From contig NZ_CALDDG010000051.1 of assembly GCF_937936435.1 (NCBI RefSeq), positions 1,430 through 65,429 on the forward strand: a stretch of 64,000 nt of DNA. Reading direction: 5' to 3'. Source of the stretch: an uncultured Sulfuricurvum sp. GTDB taxonomy: Bacteria; Campylobacterota; Campylobacteria; Campylobacterales; Sulfurimonadaceae. The notes under the pieces are model-generated. The model was not told the DNA's origin. It did no database searches and worked only from the letters and a program-made list of their open reading frames with translations. Below, in pieces: positions 57,288 through 64,000 of the stretch (position 1 is its first letter; each line of letters starts with the position of its first letter). The position numbers and the translations under genes are program-made.

Positions 57288-57811
57288 AAAAAGTGGGATT
57301 ATCGGCTATTTTAGTGTGTGGAGCCCTTTTTGCGGGACCGCTTGGATTTGAATCGGGAAGCATTAAAGCCCATACGGAAGTTTTCGGAGACAGTACCATC
57401 GATCCGATGGCAAAAAAAGCGACTTCTCATCTGAGTATGGACGCTGCCGCAACGACGTTAAAAGGTTCAGTCGAAGTCTCGATGAGCGATTTGTTCAGCG
57501 ATAACAAAAAACGGGATGAACATATGCAAGAAGCGTTGGAGTCTTCGGTATTTCCCAAAGCGGTCTTCGATATCAAAGAGGTCGTAGCCAAAGGAGGGGA
57601 TGCCTACACCCTCAAAGGGATGATGAATCTGCACGGTGTCGCCAAGCCGATGAGTTTTGAGGGGACGATCGTAGAAGAGGGGGAAAAAGTTCATCTCAAA
57701 GCATCGAGTGCACTCAAAATGAGCGATTTCGGAATCAAGCCGATCAAATTGATGTTTCTGACGGTACGCGATCAAGTCGATTTAAACGTGGACATGACGT
57801 TAAAACGTTAA
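57284..57811 (+). CDS. YceI family periplasmic lipid/isoprenoid-binding protein
   Basis: SDNKKRDEHM, FPKAVF, GMMNLHGVAKP, SDFGI. Confidence 0.9.
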   Translation: MKKVGLSAILVCGALFAGPLGFESGSIKAHTEVFGDSTIDPMAKKATSHLSMDAAATTLKGSVEVSMSDLFSDNKKRDEHMQEALESSVFPKAVFDIKEVVAKGGDAYTLKGMMNLHGVAKPMSFEGTIVEEGEKVHLKASSALKMSDFGIKPIKLMFLTVRDQVDLNVDMTLKR

Positions 57812-57884
57812 ATTTCTCTTTTTAAAAGGATATAATATATTTTATAACGGTTAAATATAAAGTATCCAATAAGAGGAAGCAAAA

Positions 57885-60278
57885 ATGGACAGCATCGTGC
57901 AGTCGCTTTTCATGGACGGAATGGAGACGGCGAATATCGGTATTTTTGCAATCAATGAAGAGGGGAAAATCCTTTACGTCAACGGGTATGTCTGTGACTA
58001 TCTCGGATATACGAAAGAGGAGATGCTTTCCAAATTTGTGTGGGAAATCAATCCCTCTTTAGACGTCCATCCGTTCAAGATGAAAGAGGCAACGGAATAC
58101 AAAAAGCCCACCGAAGCTTTTCATATCGCCAAAGACGGTACCCGTATCCCCGTCGAAATCTCCAGTTCCCTCTATACGATAGAGGGGCATACTTATCGAA
58201 CCGCAATGGTACAGGATATCCGTATCCGAAAGAAAAATCTCGAAACCATCGCTCTCTTTCATGATCTTTTAAATAACTCCCACGATATGGTTTTTATTAT
58301 ACGAATCGATGACGGGTATATCGATTACGTCAATGAAACGGCAATCAGTGTAACTGGATACACGCTGGAAGAGATGAATGAGGTCGGAATAGAAAGAATC
58401 CGTCGTCCGCTGAAAGAGGAAGATACGTTTTTTCGCCATTCGCAGGAGCTGAAACAGGTCGGAAAACTGACCGATCATGCGATCGTCGTCCGAAAAGACG
58501 GGACGGAGTTTCCGGTTGAGGCGAATGTACGCTATCTTCACCGTGACGGGATCGATTACGATATCGCGATCGTCCGCGACATCACCGACCGGATCGAAGC
58601 CGAACACCGCCTTGAGCATATGAATCAGATTTTGGAGCGCGCCGTTGCGAAAAAGACGGCCGAACTGCAAAAAACGGTTGCATTCCTTAACGCGTATAAA
58701 CTGGCGCTCGATGCGGGGAATATCGTCTCCAAAAGCGATTTAAAAGGGCGAATCACGTATGTCAATGAAAATTTTTGTACCGTTAGCGGATACAGCAGCG
58801 AGGAGTTGATCGGTCATCCCCATAGCATCGTCCGCCATCCCGATACCGACGTTTCGGTATTCCGATCCCTATGGTCGACAATTCAGTCGAAACAGATATG
58901 ACAGGGGATTATCAAAAACCGTAAAAAAGACGGAGGTTACTACTGGGTCGATCTGAAAATCGTTCCCTTGTGCAACCCCGAGGGGGAGATTATCGAATAT
59001 ATTGCCGTCCGGCATGAAGTGACGGAATTAATCGACCATCAAGAGACCCTTAAAAAAGTGTTGACTACCGATGCGCTGACTCACTACGGGAACCGCTATC
59101 GGCTGATGAATGACATCGGTATGGTCGATGAACCGTATCTGGCATTGATTAATATTGATAATTTTCGGGAAATCAACGATTTTTACGGGCATGAATTCGG
59201 CGACTTGCTCATTGTTGAAGTGGCCGGGGCGATCAATGAGGTTATTCAGGACCGAATCTCTAAATCGTTTTACCGCCTGAACGGAGACGAATATGCGATT
59301 CTCGGACGTGATATCACTAAAGAAACTTTTGTCACAAAAATTGAAGAGATCGTCTCTACCGTTGCCCAAAAAGTTTTTATTATCAAAGAAGAAGAGATAA
59401 CGGTACAGATGACGGCGAGTATCTCGTTTGAAACGGATAAATCGCAGCTCTTCATTACTGCCGATATGGCAATGACGAGTGCCAAGAAAAATCAGCAGTC
59501 CCTTTTGGTGTACGATTCTTCTTTGTTGTTGAATGAAGAGTGTGAAAACAACGTAAAATGGACGAAAAAGATCCAAATGGCTATACGGCAGGACAAAATC
59601 ATCCCGTATTATCAGCCGATCGTCGATAACGCGACGGGAGAATACTCGAAATACGAAGCGCTGGTTCGCCTGATCGATGAAGAGGACAAAGTGATCTCTC
59701 CGTTCTTTTTCCTCGAGATCGCCAAACGGACAAAACACTACGGTACGATTACCCAAAAAGTGCTCGAAAAATCGTTCGAATATTTTAAAGAGCGTGAGCT
59801 CTCTTTTTCGGTCAACCTTACTATAAAAGATATTATGGAACCGCAGACGCAGAAAATAATTTTTGATTTACTGGAAAAATACGGGATCGGTGAGCGGGTC
59901 GTATTTGAAATCGTCGAATCCGAGGGGATCGAGAACTTTGAGAGCGTCATCGGGTTTATCAAAAGTGCGAAGGAGTGCGGATGCAAAATTGCGATCGACG
60001 ATTTCGGAACCGGATATTCGAATTTTGAATACCTTTTAAAACTCAAAGCCGACTTTATCAAAATCGACGGTTCATTGATCAAGAACCTTCATAAAGACCG
60101 TGAAGCCAAAATTCTCGTTTCGACGATCGTGAATTTTTCGAAACAGCTCGGGATGCAGACGATCGCCGAGTTTGTCAGCGATGAAAAGACGTTTGAGATC
60201 GTCAAAGAGATGGGAATCGATTACTCTCAGGGATACTATTTCGGAGAACCGAAACCTAAGGTCGTTCAAGACCTCTAA
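57885..60278 (+). pseudogene. PAS-PAS-PAS-GGDEF(degenerate)-EAL gene interrupted by one in-frame TGA at 58899-58901
   Basis: ORFs 57885-58901 and 58968-60278 share a frame; reading through gives KQI*QGIIKNRKKDGGYYWV, where PAS consensus has Trp. Confidence 0.85.
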
Positions 60279-61161
60279 AACGGTATATCTCGCCGATTTG
60301 CAATACCTTGGAATTGAAGGGGTACGGTTTCTCTCTTATCAGCCGTTCAAACCACTCCCGAGGTTCGTTGATCGGTTCGTCCGAGAGGACAAATGTCCCG
60401 TAATGGATAGGAATAAGCGTTTTAGCTCTTAAATCGATAGCGGCATGCAGCGCTTCGGGCGGGTTGGTATGGTTGTGTTTCATGATTGCTTCGGGGCGGT
60501 AGGCTCCGATCGGCAGAAACGCTTCATCGATGTCAAAACGCTCACCGATCTCTTTAAAATGTTCACCGTATGCCGTATCTCCGGAGTGGTAGATCGTATG
60601 GTCGCTGTTTTGGATGACGTATCCTCCCCAGAGCGCCTTGTTGGTGTCGAACGGGGTTCGTTTGCTCCAATGTTTAGCCGGAACGAGGGTAATGAACAAA
60701 CCTCCGATCATGACCGACTCCCACCATTCCAACTCAAAGCACCGTTCTCTGGCGATTTTCCCCTTCAGATAGCGCCAGAATCCGACCGGGGCGACGATAA
60801 TCGTATCGGGATTTTTGCTCAGAAGATAATCGACGGAGGCTTTGTCGTAATGATCGTAATGGGCATGGGTCAGAAGAATGATATCGGTGCGAAATTGCTT
60901 TTTGGGTATCGGCAGCGGTGTATGGCGTTTGTATAAAGGGATATTCCCGAGTACGGGATCAATGGCGATAGTCGTCTGTTGCAGAGCGAGCCATACGCTC
61001 GCATGCCCCGTCCAGAGGAGGTATTCCCCTTCAGGGAGATTTTCGTGGCGCATGATCGCAATTGCGGACGCAACGGTTTCTTTTTTTTGAAACGATTTAC
61101 GCAACTGCCATTTCAGTATGGTCGAAAACGAGATTCGCGGTGAGGTATATCGGTGAGGCAT
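60256..61161 (-). CDS. MBL-fold metallo-hydrolase (NAPE-PLD/RomA-like)
   Basis: WTGHAS, THAHYDH, PAKHWSKR, HSGDTAY, LPIGAY, PIHYGTF. Confidence 0.9.
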   Translation of the reverse strand: MPHRYTSPRISFSTILKWQLRKSFQKKETVASAIAIMRHENLPEGEYLLWTGHASVWLALQQTTIAIDPVLGNIPLYKRHTPLPIPKKQFRTDIILLTHAHYDHYDKASVDYLLSKNPDTIIVAPVGFWRYLKGKIARERCFELEWWESVMIGGLFITLVPAKHWSKRTPFDTNKALWGGYVIQNSDHTIYHSGDTAYGEHFKEIGERFDIDEAFLPIGAYRPEAIMKHNHTNPPEALHAAIDLRAKTLIPIHYGTFVLSDEPINEPREWFERLIREKPYPFNSKVLQIGEIYRFRGLERP

Positions 61162-61170
61162 GGTATCCCT

Positions 61171-62214
61171 TTAGCGGCTTTGGCCCGATTGAGAGGCCGT
61201 CCATTCTCCCGGAGTCATCCCATACCATTGTTTGAACGCACGGATAAATGCGCTGGGTTCCGAGTAGCCAAGATAGACCGCGACGGTACTGATGTCGATT
61301 TTTTCTCTCAAATAGCGGGCAGAGAGTTTTTTTCGCACCTCTTTAAGAAGCTGCGTATGGCTGCTCCCTTCTGCTTTAAGCCGTTTTTGGAGGAGTCTGG
61401 GGTGTATCTTCGCTTTTAGGGCGACCGTTTCGAGCGAAAAATCGAGTTCACCCGCACAGACGAGAATAAGACCGGAAATCTCCTCTTTGAATCCGCCGCT
61501 GATCTCCATCCCCAAATAGGTTTCGGCTTCTTTCTCGAACATCTGCAAAAGGGAAGGATTTTCGTAGAGGGTCTTGATCGCCAATGCTTCCTTGGAAAAG
61601 ATCAGAGCGTTTTCCGTTTCGTCGAAATAGAGTTTGTTTCCGAATACCCGGCGGTATTCGCTAAGGTCATTCGGCAGTGAATGGCGGAACGTGGCATATT
61701 CGGGGGTGATTTTTTCCGAAGCGATTTTGTTGATCAAGCTCAAGGCCGCGCTGAGGTGAATCTCGGATTGATATTTTCCCAGAGGGATAAGCTCCCCCGC
61801 ATGGGAGAACATGAAACTGAGTTTATAGCGGTTTTGCGTCTCATCGAGCAGCGGTTTAAGACTCCGCCCGATCAGCGGATAGTAGCGGCACAGCTTTTGT
61901 AATGCTTCGTTGATGTCACGCGAATGGAGCAGGAGATAGCCGAATACGCCGAGCGAATGGGGATTTGCCCATTCGCCGAGTTTGAAGGAGAGGTTCGGAT
62001 CGTCGGTAAATCGGGTCGCCTCTTCATAGAGTTCGGCGAGATAACGGGCATTCACCTGCGTCTCTTTACCTTGGAGCGTCCGCATATCCAGCCCGCGTGC
62101 CGATAAAAAGAGATCGCTGTCGAATCCATAGCGTTTTTGCAAAAACATTAAAATAGGCCATAAAATCTCGGCCCGTACCATTCGTTCGCGATGATCCGTT
62201 TTTGCTGTTCGCAA
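61171..62214 (-). CDS. AraC family transcriptional regulator
   Basis: C-terminal RLLQKRL...VAVYLGYSEPSAFIRAFKQWYGMTPGEW. Confidence 0.92.
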   Translation of the reverse strand: MRTAKTDHRERMVRAEILWPILMFLQKRYGFDSDLFLSARGLDMRTLQGKETQVNARYLAELYEEATRFTDDPNLSFKLGEWANPHSLGVFGYLLLHSRDINEALQKLCRYYPLIGRSLKPLLDETQNRYKLSFMFSHAGELIPLGKYQSEIHLSAALSLINKIASEKITPEYATFRHSLPNDLSEYRRVFGNKLYFDETENALIFSKEALAIKTLYENPSLLQMFEKEAETYLGMEISGGFKEEISGLILVCAGELDFSLETVALKAKIHPRLLQKRLKAEGSSHTQLLKEVRKKLSARYLREKIDISTVAVYLGYSEPSAFIRAFKQWYGMTPGEWTASQSGQSR

Positions 62215-62298
62215 AATGTCTATCCTTTGTCACTCAAAGTCATTTGGCTTGGGTATCTCTCATTATACAATAACGCTCATATGAGTAAGGGGAAGAAA

Positions 62299-62601
62299 AT
62301 GGATAAGAATAGTACAGAAGTGGCGGATCGATATGTCTCTTTTATGAACATCGATTGCTATCGCCACGCATCGGACGTTATCGATGCGATTTTGGAAGTG
62401 ACGCAGGATGAGCGCTACAGTAACCGGTTTTGGGAAGTTTTTAAATCCAAAATACCCCAAACATATTTCGATAAGAATCCGGATGAAAAAGTGCTCTACC
62501 ATGTATGCGCATCGGTATTTTATATCGAGGAACTGTTTGAAACGAGCAACCATGCCGTCGGTTTGGAGCTGATGAGCACATGCGAATATCAGTGCTGCTG
62601 A
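62299..62601 (+). CDS. cowN: Nitrogenase CO-protection protein CowN
   Basis: DRYVSF..IDC, NRFWEVF, IEELFE and terminal CC match the CowN pattern. Confidence 0.8.
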   Translation: MDKNSTEVADRYVSFMNIDCYRHASDVIDAILEVTQDERYSNRFWEVFKSKIPQTYFDKNPDEKVLYHVCASVFYIEELFETSNHAVGLELMSTCEYQCC

Positions 62602-62664
62602 GATAATTTAGAAGATTGAAAGGGGGATGCGATTAGTATTCGCCCATAACAATCGGATGGAATC

Positions 62665-63555
62665 ATGGAAGAGTTTATTTATATCATCGCCTTACTACTG
62701 ATCGGCTTTGCCCTTCAAAAAGCCGATGCACCCGCCGATTTCGCCAAAAGCCTTAATTTTTTTGCGATCTATATTTCTCTTCCGGCCACGGTACTTCTGC
62801 AGGTGCCGAAAATCCATCTGGATATGTCTGCGCTGGGGGTTATCCTGATTCCGTGGCTGTTGCTTCCGATTACGATGTGGTTGGCGGTTGTCATGACTAA
62901 AAACCATCCGATCCATGTCCGAGCGGCATTGCTATTGGTCCTTCCTCTGGGTAATACTTCATTTGTCGGGATTCCGATAATTCACACTCTTTTGGGCGAA
63001 CAGGCGATCCCGTATCTGTTGATGTACGATCAGTTCGGAACTTTTTTGATGCTTTCTTTGTACGGAAGTGCTATCGTCGCACGGTATGAGACGGGAAAAA
63101 TCCATCCGAGACTGATTCTTAAAAAACTGTTTCTATTCCCGCCGTTTATCTTTCTGATTACAGCGATGGTATTCGGAGAAATGCCCTCTGCACTGACCCC
63201 GTATTTGAAAACGTTGGCATCGACGATGGTACCTGTAGCTTTGGTATCGGTCGGTTTTTCACTGCGTCTGCGGGGGGACGATATCGATTACCCTCTCTTT
63301 GCCAAAGCATTGGGCGTGAAACTGATCGTGATGCCGTTGATCGCTTTTGGTGTCCTGATGGCTATGGGGATGGAACCTTTAGCCCTAAAAACCGCAGTTC
63401 TCGAATCAGGAATGCCTTCTATGATTACGGCAGGGGCTTTGGCTATTGCCGCCGGATTTGCTCCGGCGCTCAGTGCGGCTCTGGTCGGATACGGCATTAT
63501 CATTTCGCTTGTGACTTTGCCGCTGATCGCATACGTGCTGGAGAAAATCCTTTAG
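62665..63555 (+). CDS. AEC family transporter
   Basis: YISLPA, GNTSFVGIP, ESGMP motifs; about 10 TMs. Confidence 0.88.
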   Translation: MEEFIYIIALLLIGFALQKADAPADFAKSLNFFAIYISLPATVLLQVPKIHLDMSALGVILIPWLLLPITMWLAVVMTKNHPIHVRAALLLVLPLGNTSFVGIPIIHTLLGEQAIPYLLMYDQFGTFLMLSLYGSAIVARYETGKIHPRLILKKLFLFPPFIFLITAMVFGEMPSALTPYLKTLASTMVPVALVSVGFSLRLRGDDIDYPLFAKALGVKLIVMPLIAFGVLMAMGMEPLALKTAVLESGMPSMITAGALAIAAGFAPALSAALVGYGIIISLVTLPLIAYVLEKIL

Positions 63556-63788
63556 CTCCCCTGTTGATGCGATCCGTCACAGTAAGGTTTACGGCCTGAG
63601 CGGCCGCATCGGCAGAGCCATTTGTCGGTTTCCGCTTCCACGGAAAAGCGAATTGGCGTTTTATCGGTTCCGATATGTTTCCCGTCGCAAAACGGGAATG
63701 TTTCGGATAAACCGCAGGTGCAGTAGAGATATTCTACATCGGCATCGAGAGATGCTTTGAAGGGTTCGTTGACAAAGTGTGTTTCCAT
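63552..63788 (-). CDS. CDGSH iron-sulfur domain protein (two domains)
   Basis: CTCGLS..FPFCDGKH and CRCGRS..KPYCDGSH. Confidence 0.92.
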   Translation of the reverse strand: METHFVNEPFKASLDADVEYLYCTCGLSETFPFCDGKHIGTDKTPIRFSVEAETDKWLCRCGRSGRKPYCDGSHQQGS

Positions 63789-63924
63789 GAGACCGCTCCA
63801 TACATAAAATAATGAAACATAATAACACGGCTTGAGTAACAAAAGGGTATAGTGTACGGATATTAGATAATTATCAGAGTGGATGGAGTACACTGCACGC
63901 ACAGTATTTAAAAGGAGCTTCTCG

Positions 63925-64000
63925 ATGCGCCGTCTTATCATGTTAATCGTCTGTACCGTTGTTTCGCTGCATGCGTTGGAGTATTACGGAAAAAATCTCG
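63925..64000 (+). CDS. 5' end of an exported protein (partial)
   Basis: AAGGAG SD, then MRRLIMLIVCTVVSLHALEYYGKNL signal-peptide-like start. Confidence 0.6.
   Translation, partial: MRRLIMLIVCTVVSLHALEYYGKNL

Noticed and set aside
58899..58901. In-frame TGA as a selenocysteine codon
   Set aside because: The position corresponds to a conserved PAS Trp, not Cys, and I saw no SECIS-like hairpin directly downstream.
62215..62298. Sigma54/NifA promoter for cowN
   Set aside because: TTGGC is present but there is no GC at the -12 position; a TACAAT -10 box is present instead.
1..64000. Numerous antisense or alternate-frame ORFs in the track (e.g. 7354-8016, 9935-10588, 36661-37320); CRISPR arrays, tRNA/rRNA, IS elements
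   Set aside because: The shadow ORFs overlap well-supported genes and lack motifs. I saw no repeat-spacer arrays, RNA gene signatures or transposases by eye.

Overview
Gene-dense 64-kb bacterial chromosome segment. Gene content, TATAAT-only promoters and codon style suggest a free-living Campylobacterota (Sulfuricurvum/Sulfurimonas-like); this is an inference. I saw no rRNA, tRNA, CRISPR array, integrase or transposase. Main blocks: moaC/mobA; a ~12-kb phospholipid-remodelling operon (ynbA/B/C/D-like, PlsC-type acyltransferase, ArsR, aas-lplT, YiiX-like) with an AT-rich inserted gene; leuC; an ~17-kb TonB island; several GGDEF/EAL genes, one split by a single TGA; an orphan lambda-O/DnaT-like replication gene pair facing a nuclease-fold gene with a probable ATT start; an operon with a degenerate heme-copper-oxidase-like protein; and cowN. 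The best candidate for an undescribed system is the TonB island (18791-35562). Two mirror-image arms (TonB-dependent receptor, DUF4198-like anchored protein, membrane polyferredoxin) diverge from a perfect 20-bp inverted repeat. One arm continues into a double-cubane [Fe8S9]-type reductase, its ATP-dependent activator and a third receptor. A convergent CydA/CydA'-like, cytochrome c-fused oxidase pair has a promoter with the identical architecture (TTAACAC-N4-KTAACAC-N9-ATAAT), pointing to one regulon. All family calls come from motif recognition by eye, not database searches.
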